Below, piece after piece: positions 1 through 7,676 of a stretch of DNA of 64,000 nucleotides. Source of the stretch: Novosphingobium sp. (GTDB lineage: Bacteria > Pseudomonadota > Alphaproteobacteria > Sphingomonadales > Sphingomonadaceae); the NCBI RefSeq assembly GCF_027489515.1, contig NZ_JAIXZS010000083.1, forward strand, positions 123,686 through 187,685, in the 5' to 3' direction. The number at the start of each line of letters is the position of its first letter. Position 1 is the stretch's first letter. Position numbers and translations under genes: made by a program. A model generated the notes under the pieces. That model did not search any database, was not told the origin of the DNA, and saw only the letters and a list, made by a program, of their open reading frames with translations.

Positions 1-2156
1 GGGCAGACGAAACCACCGAGCGAGGGTCCGTCCGGGCCGAGGATGATCGGCATGTCGCCCGTAAAGTCGACGGCGCCGATGGCGTAGGGGTTATCGTGGA
101 TGTTCGAGGGGTGGAGGCCCGCTTCGCCGCCATCCTTGCGCGCCCAGTGCGGCTTTGGGCCGATAAGGCGCACGCCAGTTCGGTTGGAGTTGTAGTGCAC
201 CTGCCATTCGGCGGCGACGATCATCGCAATATCGTCGGGCGTGAAGAAATCGGGCGCGCCGTGTGGGCCGTAGAGGACCCGCAAGGTCCATTCGTTGCCG
301 AGCGGCGGGAGCGCGGTGGTGGCAAGAGCCGGTTCGACGGGCTCGTCGCCGAGGTGGAGCACATCGCCTGCAACTAGCCGGCGCGCGGCGTGACCGCCGA
401 ACTGGCCGAGTTCGAACGTGGCGCGGCTGCCGAGGTAGGGCGCGATATCGAGGCCGCCCGCGAAGAGCAGGTAGCCGCGCATGCCGCCGCCCCGCGCGCG
501 GCCGAGTGCGAGCGTCTGACCAGCAGCGATGGCGATCACCTGTCCGCGCGGGACGGGGGCGCCATCGAGCGTTGCGCCGAAATCGGCGCCGGTCAGCGCG
601 ACGCGCGCGGGTGCGGTGAATGCGAGGGTAGGGCCCGAATGGGTGAGTTCAAGGCCTGCGGTGCCTTCAGGATTGCCGAGCAGGCGGTTGCCGAGCCGGA
701 ACGACTGGTCGTCCATCGGCCCCGAAGGCGGCACGCCGACCGCCCAGAGGCGCTGGCGGCCGGGCCAGTCCTGCACTGTGGTGGCGGTGCCGCCGCTGAC
801 AACCCGGACGCTGCGCGGGGTGTAGGCAATGGTATCGAGGACGCGGGTCGAGACTTCGCCACTGGTGAAGGCGGGGGAGCGGACAACGTCGCGCAGCCAT
901 CGCAAATTGGTTTCGATCCCGTCGACGCGGGTTTCGCCGAGCGCGGTCTGCATCGCGGTGACGGCAAGGTCGCGCGTCGGCGCGTGGACGATGAGCTTGG
1001 CGAGCATGGGATCGTACCAAGCGGTGACCTCGCTGCCCGCCATGACCCAGGTTTCGGTGCGGATGTCCGCCGGGAACTCTACTGCAGTGAGTGTGCCCGA
1101 GGTGGGGCGGTAATCCAGCGCCGGGTCTTCCGCATAGAGACGGACCTGCACGGAATGGCCGTTTGGCAAGGTTGGCGCCGTGTCGAGGAAGCTGAAATCA
1201 CCTGCGCCGCCGCGCACCATCCATTCGACAAGATCGATCCCCATGACCATCTCGGTCACGCCGTGCTCGACCTGCAGGCGGGTGTTCATCTCGAGGAAGT
1301 AGAACTGCTCGCGCTCGGCATCGTAGAGGAATTCGACCGTGCCGGCATTGCGATAACGCGCGGCTTCACCGAGGCGGATCGCAGCGGTGTAGAGATCCTG
1401 CCTGATCTGCTCGGGCAGCAGCGGCGCGGGGGATTCCTCGACCACTTTCTGATTGCGCCGCTGGAGCGAGCAATCGCGTTCGCCGAGGGCCACGACCCGG
1501 CCTTCGCCATCGCCAAAGATCTGCACTTCGACATGGCGCGCGCGGCGTACGTAGCGTTCCAGGAAGACACCTGCATCGCCGAAGTTGCTCTGGCCGAGGC
1601 GGGCGACGGTAGCGAAGCCTTCCTGCACATCGGCCTGACTTTCGCAGACGCGCATGCCGATGCCGCCGCCGCCGGCGGTCGCCTTGAGCATGACCGGAAA
1701 GCCGATTTCGTTGGCGGCGCCGAGCGCTTCCTTCTCGCTCGTCAGCAGCTCGGAGCCGGGGGCGAGCGGCACACCGTGCGCCTTGGCGAGCGCGCGGGCG
1801 CTGTGCTTGAGGCCGAACATGCGGATGTTGTCGGGCGTGGGGCCGATGAAGACGATCCCGGCAGCGGCGCAGGCTTCGGCGAAGTCGGTGTTCTCGGCCA
1901 GGAAGCCGTAGCCGGGATGGACCGCGCCCGCGCCAGTGACCTTGGCCGCGGCGAGGATCGCGTCGATGTTGAGATAGCTTTCCGAAGGCCGCGCGCCGCC
2001 GATGCAGACTGCCTCGTCAGCCTCGGAGACATGGAGCGAGCCCGCATCGGCCTCCGAATAGACCGCGACCGAGCGCAGCCCCATGCGGCGCAAGGTGCGG
2101 ATGATCCGGGTGGCAATGGCCCCGCGGTTGGCAATGAGGACGGTGTCGAAGCTCAT
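1..2156 (-). CDS. uca: Urea/guanidine carboxylase (biotin carboxylase plus carboxyltransferase domains), 3' end runs off the window
   Basis: Manual translation from ATG at 2156: MSFDTVLIANRGAIATRIIRTLRR...HPGYGFLAEN...GGGGIGM...RDCSLQRRNQKV...FLEMNTRLQVEHGVTE, followed by the AHS2-type HYNSNRTGVRL...NIHDNPYAIG. It is absent from the ORF track, presumably because no stop lies inside the window. DUF1989 neighbours support the call. Confidence 0.93.
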   Translation of the reverse strand, partial: MSFDTVLIANRGAIATRIIRTLRRMGLRSVAVYSEADAGSLHVSEADEAVCIGGARPSESYLNIDAILAAAKVTGAGAVHPGYGFLAENTDFAEACAAAGIVFIGPTPDNIRMFGLKHSARALAKAHGVPLAPGSELLTSEKEALGAANEIGFPVMLKATAGGGGIGMRVCESQADVQEGFATVARLGQSNFGDAGVFLERYVRRARHVEVQIFGDGEGRVVALGERDCSLQRRNQKVVEESPAPLLPEQIRQDLYTAAIRLGEAARYRNAGTVEFLYDAEREQFYFLEMNTRLQVEHGVTEMVMGIDLVEWMVRGGAGDFSFLDTAPTLPNGHSVQVRLYAEDPALDYRPTSGTLTAVEFPADIRTETWVMAGSEVTAWYDPMLAKLIVHAPTRDLAVTAMQTALGETRVDGIETNLRWLRDVVRSPAFTSGEVSTRVLDTIAYTPRSVRVVSGGTATTVQDWPGRQRLWAVGVPPSGPMDDQSFRLGNRLLGNPEGTAGLELTHSGPTLAFTAPARVALTGADFGATLDGAPVPRGQVIAIAAGQTLALGRARGGGMRGYLLFAGGLDIAPYLGSRATFELGQFGGHAARRLVAGDVLHLGDEPVEPALATTALPPLGNEWTLRVLYGPHGAPDFFTPDDIAMIVAAEWQVHYNSNRTGVRLIGPKPHWARKDGGEAGLHPSNIHDNPYAIGAVDFTGDMPIILGPDGPSLGGFVC

Positions 2157-2175
2157 GTGGGATTTCGCGCTCACT

Positions 2176-2273
2176 GCCCCCCTCCCCGGCGGGGAGGGGC
2201 TGGGGGTGGGGGTACGAGATTTGCTGCTTCAGGCGCAGGGCACCCCCACCCGGCCTCCCCCGAGCGGGGGAGA
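2176..2273. repeat. About 100-bp palindromic intergenic repeat (RIME/CIR-like alphaproteobacterial type), copy 1
   Basis: Shares GGGGAGGGG(C/T)TGGGGGTGGGGG and CACCCCCACCCGGCCTCCCCCGA with 44130-44226. Internally self-complementary with a variable core. Confidence 0.85.
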
Positions 2274-2304
2274 GGAAGAAGGGCAGTGCGGTGCCCGACG
2301 TGGC

Positions 2305-2943
2305 TCATGCCGCGACGATCATGCGCACGGGCGTGGGATTGAAGCCGTTGCAGGGGTTGTTGATCTGCGGGCAGTTCGAGACGACGACGATGACGTCCAT
2401 CTCGGCCTTGAGATCAACGGTTAGGCCGGGCGCGGAGATGCCGTCGACGATGCCGAGCGCCCCGTCCGCTTCCACCGGCACGTTCATGAAGAAGTTGATG
2501 TTGGCGACGATATCGCGTTTGCCGCGGCCTTCGGTGAGGTTGGCTTCGAGAAAGTTTTCCACGCAGGCGTGCTGTGCCTTGGTGTGGTGGCCATAGCGCA
2601 GCGTGTTGCTCTCGCAGGAGCAGGCGCCGCCGATGGTATCGTGGTATTCGACTGTCGTACCGGCGATGGTCATCATCGGGCGGCCCTCGTTCGAGCGCAG
2701 CACGGTGCCGGTGCGCAGGAACAGGTTGCCCTGTGCCGCCACGGTGTCCTGCGCCGAATAGCGCTCGGTATCGTCAGCCTCGCTATAGAGAAGGAAGTCC
2801 ACCGCCTGGTTGCCTTCGAGGTCGACGATGCGCAGCGTCTGACCCTTCTTGATGTGATGGATCCAGGGAGCGCGGGCGGGGACGACTTCGTCATGGACGA
2901 TCGTATCGGGCAGGCCGTCGTGGTGCGGATCGCGGTTGAGCAT
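2305..2943 (-). CDS. cgdB: DUF1989 urea-carboxylase-associated protein 2 (carboxyguanidine deiminase subunit)
   Basis: LRIVDLEGNQAVDFLLY, HDTIGGACSCESN, ACVENF, NINFFMNVPV, VSNCPQINNPCNG. Directly upstream of the carboxylase. Confidence 0.85.
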   Translation of the reverse strand: MLNRDPHHDGLPDTIVHDEVVPARAPWIHHIKKGQTLRIVDLEGNQAVDFLLYSEADDTERYSAQDTVAAQGNLFLRTGTVLRSNEGRPMMTIAGTTVEYHDTIGGACSCESNTLRYGHHTKAQHACVENFLEANLTEGRGKRDIVANINFFMNVPVEADGALGIVDGISAPGLTVDLKAEMDVIVVVSNCPQINNPCNGFNPTPVRMIVAA

Positions 2944-2957
2944 GGGTCAGTCTCCGG

Positions 2958-3797
2958 TCAGCGACGATAGTAGTCTTCGACGTTGAGGAAGGCGCGCAGG
3001 CCCTCCGGCGTCGCGGTGCGGATGGGATCGTCTTCGGCGGCCACCGGCCCGCGCCATGCTGTCGCGCGCAGGGGGGTGACGGTGTAGTCAGGCCGGGGAT
3101 CGAGCACGTGGGGGACGTTGGCGATCACCACGATGACCTCCATCTCGGCGCGCAGGACGACTTCGCGGCCCGGCTCGAAGGGGCCGATCTGCGGCTCGAT
3201 GGTGCCGTCATCGGCAATGCGCGCGCCCTTGAACAGGGTAACGGCGGCGTGGATATCGCGGCGCTGAAGGCCGTGCTTGGCGGCGCCGAGGAGGAAGCGG
3301 TCGCGGCCGTTGGGGAACTGCCCGCTGTTGCGTCCGTCGCCATACTTGGCGGCGTTGGTGTAGGCGTTGGAGGTGCCGGAGAACGTATCGTGCGCGCCGC
3401 CGGTCGTGTCCTCGGCAATGCTCATCAGGACGCGGCCCATATCGGACAAGAGCAGCTTGCCCGCGCCGAGATAGGCGTTCCACTGGATCTTTACCGTATC
3501 GGCAAAGCTGTAGCGCTCGGTCGGCATTTCGGCGTTGAAGATCTGGAAGCTCGCGCAGGCATCGCCCTTCGCGTCTATGAGGCGCAAGCGCGCGCCGCGC
3601 GGCAGGCGGCGGGTGGCGTAGCCGCCGGGGGCCAAGGTTTCCTCCCAGAGCAGGTCGGACGCAGGGACGCCTTCGGGCAGGTCCGGCGCGGCGGGTGGGA
3701 GGACGGGCATCGCCTCCACCACGGTGCCGCCTTGCGCACGGGCGTGATCGCGGGCTGCGTTGGGATTGGCCAGAATTGCTGCGGGCGTTGCGGTCAT
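2958..3797 (-). CDS. cgdA: DUF1989 urea-carboxylase-associated protein 1 (carboxyguanidine deiminase subunit)
   Basis: ERYSFADTVKIQWNAYLGAGKLLLSDMGRVL, ANVPHVLDPRPDY. Paired with the second DUF1989 gene. Confidence 0.85.
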   Translation of the reverse strand: MTATPAAILANPNAARDHARAQGGTVVEAMPVLPPAAPDLPEGVPASDLLWEETLAPGGYATRRLPRGARLRLIDAKGDACASFQIFNAEMPTERYSFADTVKIQWNAYLGAGKLLLSDMGRVLMSIAEDTTGGAHDTFSGTSNAYTNAAKYGDGRNSGQFPNGRDRFLLGAAKHGLQRRDIHAAVTLFKGARIADDGTIEPQIGPFEPGREVVLRAEMEVIVVIANVPHVLDPRPDYTVTPLRATAWRGPVAAEDDPIRTATPEGLRAFLNVEDYYRR

Positions 3798-4267
3798 GCG
3801 GCGGCTCCCTGCGGCGCATCGGCTTCGGGCTCGTAGAGCTGCGGAAGGAGCGCGGTGGTGGTGACGAGTTCGAGCTGCTGGACCCCGCGCACGCGCCGCA
3901 GCGCGTCCGACAGATCCTTGAGACGGGCGGCGGGGCCCTGGACGAGGAGCACCTCGAGCGATTGGTCATCCTCGAGGAAGACGTGCTGCGAGGAGATCAC
4001 TTCCTTGAGATAGTGCGCCTGCGTCTGCGCGAGCTGGTGGCGCACGCGGCCGCGTTCGCCGCGGTAGACGAGCGTGATTGTGCCGGCGAGCATCTCGTCG
4101 GGCCGGGTGAAGGCCTCATGCGCGGCAAGCGCATGGCGGATCAGCTCGGCCATGAGCTGCGAGCGCGAAGGGAGCTGGCGCTCGGTCACCATCATGTCGA
4201 GCTTGCGGAACAATTCGGCCGGAAGGCTCATGCTGAGCCGGGCGAGGCCTGTGGGTTCTGGACTCAT
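3794..4267 (-). CDS. NikR-fold transcriptional regulator (ribbon-helix-helix plus ACT-like domain) with degenerate nickel site
   Basis: ATG at 4267 (MSPEPTGLARLSMSLPAELFRKLD...SRSQLMAELIR) with purine-rich RBS. The C-domain AGTITLVY...QHVFLEDDQSLEVLLVQG aligns by eye to NikR. Stop overlaps the cgdA start. Confidence 0.8.
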   Translation of the reverse strand: MSPEPTGLARLSMSLPAELFRKLDMMVTERQLPSRSQLMAELIRHALAAHEAFTRPDEMLAGTITLVYRGERGRVRHQLAQTQAHYLKEVISSQHVFLEDDQSLEVLLVQGPAARLKDLSDALRRVRGVQQLELVTTTALLPQLYEPEADAPQGAAA

Positions 4268-4280
4268 GGGCTGTTCTCTC

Positions 4281-5060
4281 TCAGCTGGCGGCAGTTGCGG
4301 GCTGGGGCGCGGCTTCCGGCTCCGGGGCCGGGACCGGGGGGCCGCGCAAGGGGAGGTCGTAGACGGCGGTCGCACCGTAGCGGTGCGGCGCGTGGGGATC
4401 GTGGCGGCGCTTGTCGAGCGCAAGGACGCGCGTGCCGAGCGTGAAGGCTTCCTTGATGTCGTGCGTGACCATGACGACCGTGAGCGCATAGTCGCGCCAC
4501 AGGCGGGTGATCAGGCCATGCATGTCGGCGCGAATGCCGGGATCGAGCGCGCCGAAGGGTTCATCGAGGAGGAGGATGCGCGGCCGCTTGATGAGGGCCT
4601 GCGCGATGGCGAGGCGCTGCTGCATGCCGCCCGACATCTGCGCGGGGTAGAGGTGGAGGCTGTCTGCAAGTCCGACCGCTTCGAGCATTTCGGTTGCCTG
4701 CGCCTCGGCCTTGCGACGGGCAGCGCCGAAAAGCCGCGCGGCAAATGGGGCGGCCGGGCATTCGAGGCCGAAGGTGACGTTGCCGAGAACCGTCATATGC
4801 GGGAAGACCGAATAACGCTGGAAGACGACGCCGCGATCGGGCCCGCACTGGGGGGTGAGCGGCTCGCCGTCGAGCAGGATCTTGCCGCGCGTGGGCGCTT
4901 CCTGCCCGAGGATGAGGCGCAGCAGGCTCGATTTGCCCGCGCCCGAGGGGCCGATGATAGAGAGGAAGGCGCCTTCGGCCACCTGGAGGTTGACCTTTTC
5001 GAGCACGACTTTGTCGCCGTACTCCACCCAGACGTTCTTGAGCTGGAGGAGCGCGTTCAT
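4281..5060 (-). CDS. ABC transporter ATP-binding protein (NitT/TauT type)
   Basis: Start MNALLQLKNV at 5060. Walker A GPSGAGKS, signature MSGGMQQR, Walker B LLLDEPFGALD. Confidence 0.93.
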   Translation of the reverse strand: MNALLQLKNVWVEYGDKVVLEKVNLQVAEGAFLSIIGPSGAGKSSLLRLILGQEAPTRGKILLDGEPLTPQCGPDRGVVFQRYSVFPHMTVLGNVTFGLECPAAPFAARLFGAARRKAEAQATEMLEAVGLADSLHLYPAQMSGGMQQRLAIAQALIKRPRILLLDEPFGALDPGIRADMHGLITRLWRDYALTVVMVTHDIKEAFTLGTRVLALDKRRHDPHAPHRYGATAVYDLPLRGPPVPAPEPEAAPQPATAAS

Positions 5061-5872
5061 CTGCCGTCTCCATGGGCCCAGGGGAATGCGCGCTTGCTGA
5101 TCGCGGCGAGCGTCACGTCCATCAGGATGGCAAGCAGCGCGATCCACGCGACGTAAGGGATGATCACGTCCATCGAGAGATAACGGCGGACGAGAAAGAT
5201 GCGGTAGCCGAGACCGATATCGGAGGCGACGGCTTCGGCGGAGATAAGGAAGACCCACGCCGGACCGAGCGCAAGGCGGATCGCCTGGAGGAGGCGCGGC
5301 ATCGCCTGCGGCAGCGCAACGCGGGCGATGATCTGCCACGAGTTGGCCCCGAGGGTCTCGGCCTTGATGATCTGCTCGCGTGGCAGGCTGCCTACATGCG
5401 CGGCGATATCGCGGACCATGACGGGCGCAACGCCGATGGCGATGAGGACGACCTTCGAGGTTTCACCGAGGCCAAGCGCGATGAACAGGATGGGCAGCAG
5501 CGCAATCGGCGGGATCACCGCGATGCCGGTGACCAGCGGGCTCAGCGCTGCGCGCACCGGCGGCAGCGCGCCGATGAGCAGGCCAAGAATAAGTGCGAAC
5601 AGCGTCGCGATGCCAAGCCCCAGTCCGAGCCGCTGGAGGCTGGCAAAGGTATCGGCCCAGAACACGAGGTTGCCCGAAAGCGGATCGGGCGTGGTAAGCA
5701 GATCGGTGATCGCCTTGGCCATCCCGGAGGGGAGCGGGAAGATCTTGTCTGACGGGTTGGCGGCATGGCGCTGCACCGCGGTGATCAGGTAGAACACCAA
5801 GAGCAGCAGGATCGGTGCACCGCCCGCAATCAGGCGGTCACGCCTCGAAAGATGCCAGTTGATCCAGCGCAT
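5057..5872 (-). CDS. ABC transporter permease (NitT/TauT type)
   Basis: Multiple hydrophobic segments and an EAA-like loop (IKAETLGANSWQ). Overlaps the ATPase start. Confidence 0.9.
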   Translation of the reverse strand: MRWINWHLSRRDRLIAGGAPILLLLVFYLITAVQRHAANPSDKIFPLPSGMAKAITDLLTTPDPLSGNLVFWADTFASLQRLGLGLGIATLFALILGLLIGALPPVRAALSPLVTGIAVIPPIALLPILFIALGLGETSKVVLIAIGVAPVMVRDIAAHVGSLPREQIIKAETLGANSWQIIARVALPQAMPRLLQAIRLALGPAWVFLISAEAVASDIGLGYRIFLVRRYLSMDVIIPYVAWIALLAILMDVTLAAISKRAFPWAHGDGR

Positions 5873-5876
5873 GCGC

Positions 5877-6983
5877 TCAGATCTTCCCGTCTGCGGCGAG
5901 CTTCATGAAGCTGTCGTCGAAGCGCAAGGTGACATTGGCCCCATCGCCGAGCGTCTTGCCGCCGGGGAACGCGATGCCGACCGCATCGGCGGAGGTGGCG
6001 CCCTTGAACAAGCCCTTGGAAAAGCTGAAATCGCGCACCCGCGTCATTGTGGTGACCAGCGCAGGGGACTGCGCGGCGGCGACGGCGGCCTTGGGATCTG
6101 TGTATAGGAAGGTCGTCTTTAGCTGGCTGTCGAAGGTTTCGGGCGCGGCGCCGGCGAGCTTGGCCATTGCGGCGCGCGCTGCCTTCCCTTCGGCATCCTG
6201 CCGCATCATCAGTTGCACGGTATCGTACCAGATGCCCGCGAGCGCCTTGCCGAGATCGGGGTTAGCCTTGAGCGTGGCGGTATCGACGACGAGGAGATCG
6301 AGGATCTCACCCGGAATGTCGGCCGAGGAGAACACCTGCGTGACACCGGGTTGCGCGCGCATAACCGAAAGCTGCGGGTTCCACGCAACCGCCGCGGTCA
6401 CATCGGCGCTGGCGAAGGCGCCGACGATATCGGCATCGGCGGTGTTGACCGTCTTCACGTCGGTCATGCCCATTCCGCCCTTTTCCAGCGCGCGGGCGAG
6501 GAGGTAGTGCGAGACCGAGAGCTCCACCAGATTAACCGAGCGGCCCTTGATGGCGCTCAGGCTGGTCGCGCCCTTGAGCAGCACGCCGTCGTTGCCGTTC
6601 GAATAGTCGCCAAGGATGACGGCGGTTGTGTCCTTGCCGCCGGCCGCCGGGATCGTCAGCGCGTCCATGTTGGCAAGGGTGACGCCGTCGAGTTTGCCGG
6701 CGGTGTACTGGTTGATCGATTCGACGTAGTCGTTGACCTGCACGATCTTGATCTTGAGGTGGTATTTGTCCTCCCACTTTTTCACGATGCCGGCCTGCTG
6801 CGCATAGGGCCAGGGCATCCAGCCGGCATAGATCGACCAGCCGATGCTGAATTCGCTCTTCTTTTCAGCCGGAGCATTGCTGCCGCCTGCGCAGCCGCCA
6901 ATTGCAAGCGTTGTAGCAAGCGCTGCGGCAAGGAGAGAACCGGTGAGCGCCCGGCGGGGCCTGGCGGGGGAGGTGTTTGACAC
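5877..6983 (-). CDS. ABC substrate-binding lipoprotein of urea-carboxylase-associated (guanidine) transporter
   Basis: GTG at 6983 preceded by AAAGGAGA. Lipobox-like LAIGGC. WSIYAGWMPW and DYSNGNDG motifs are typical of this SBP family. Confidence 0.85.
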   Translation of the reverse strand: MSNTSPARPRRALTGSLLAAALATTLAIGGCAGGSNAPAEKKSEFSIGWSIYAGWMPWPYAQQAGIVKKWEDKYHLKIKIVQVNDYVESINQYTAGKLDGVTLANMDALTIPAAGGKDTTAVILGDYSNGNDGVLLKGATSLSAIKGRSVNLVELSVSHYLLARALEKGGMGMTDVKTVNTADADIVGAFASADVTAAVAWNPQLSVMRAQPGVTQVFSSADIPGEILDLLVVDTATLKANPDLGKALAGIWYDTVQLMMRQDAEGKAARAAMAKLAGAAPETFDSQLKTTFLYTDPKAAVAAAQSPALVTTMTRVRDFSFSKGLFKGATSADAVGIAFPGGKTLGDGANVTLRFDDSFMKLAADGKI

Positions 6984-7042
6984 GATTCTGTCTCCTTTCG
7001 CAGTGCAGCATTGCGAGAAACAATCCACTTGTCCATGCCAAA

Positions 7043-7070
7043 ATGTTACGTTCCTGAAAAAACGTAATAC
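7043..7070. promoter_or_regulatory. Candidate operator 1, ATGTTA-N16-TAATAC (core TGTTACGT-N10-ACGTAAT)
   Basis: Inverted repeat about 60 bp upstream of the SBP start. Its 6-16-6 geometry matches the E. coli NikR operator GTATGA-N16-TCATAC. A second copy lies at 7273-7300. Confidence 0.6.
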
Positions 7071-7267
7071 CATCTCCATGCAGGGCCGCGCAGATTCGGC
7101 GAATCAGGGGAGGGGTTCGCGGGCATTGTGTTGATTCGGCGCAACGGCTGCAGGCTGTGGTGTGCGCCTTGAGCCGATCGATGCGGCAGTTGCACAGGAA
7201 AAATACCAAGGATTTCCGCAGTGCAGCGGAGGGTGGATAATACCGGGATCGTGTCGAATTATTACGC

Positions 7268-7300
7268 TTGACCTGTTATGTAATATCGATAACGTAACTG
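7268..7300 (+). promoter_or_regulatory. Putative sigma70 promoter TTGACC-N16-TAACGT overlapped by candidate operator 2 (TGTTATGT-N10-ACGTAAC)
   Basis: TTGACC at 7268-7273 and TAACGT at 7290-7295. The palindrome at 7274-7298 has the same half-sites and spacing as operator 1. Confidence 0.55.
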
Positions 7301-7676
7301 AAATGTCGCAGAAGGAGCAATCCTTTGCGGCGCAAGCAACGACATTTCAAGTCAGGCGAATGCTTGTCTGGCGGCGATATTCTGCACGGCACAGTCGATG
7401 CGGGAGCGTTGGTGTGTGTTTTCGGTAATAGTTTGCGAAAGCGGGCAGCAATCACGAGATGATGTATTTGCTGGATGACGGGCCCTTCAGGTCGAATTGC
7501 CTCTTGGTTCATCTGGCGTCTTGAAGAATACGATCGCCTTCATGGTGATTGTGAAGTGAGGGAATGACGACGGCGCCAGAACTGCAAACGGTTCGGCGCG
7601 CCCCGCGCAAAGTGGGCAAACAGGGATGGGGATGTCGCTTCGAGAAGGCTTTCACGCAGGCAACGCGGGGGCTCGA

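Noticed and set aside
390-2342. 650-aa plus-strand ORF
   Set aside because: Antisense shadow of the carboxylase gene. No motifs, and typical of high-GC codon bias.
7026-7040. Possible sigma54 promoter (minus-strand TGGCAT) for the guanidine operon
   Set aside because: The -24 element is present but the -12 position reads AGTG rather than TTGC.
6984-7137. Four GANTC (CcrM) sites near the guanidine operon promoter
   Set aside because: Two come from one short palindrome. Without genome background counts, enrichment cannot be supported.
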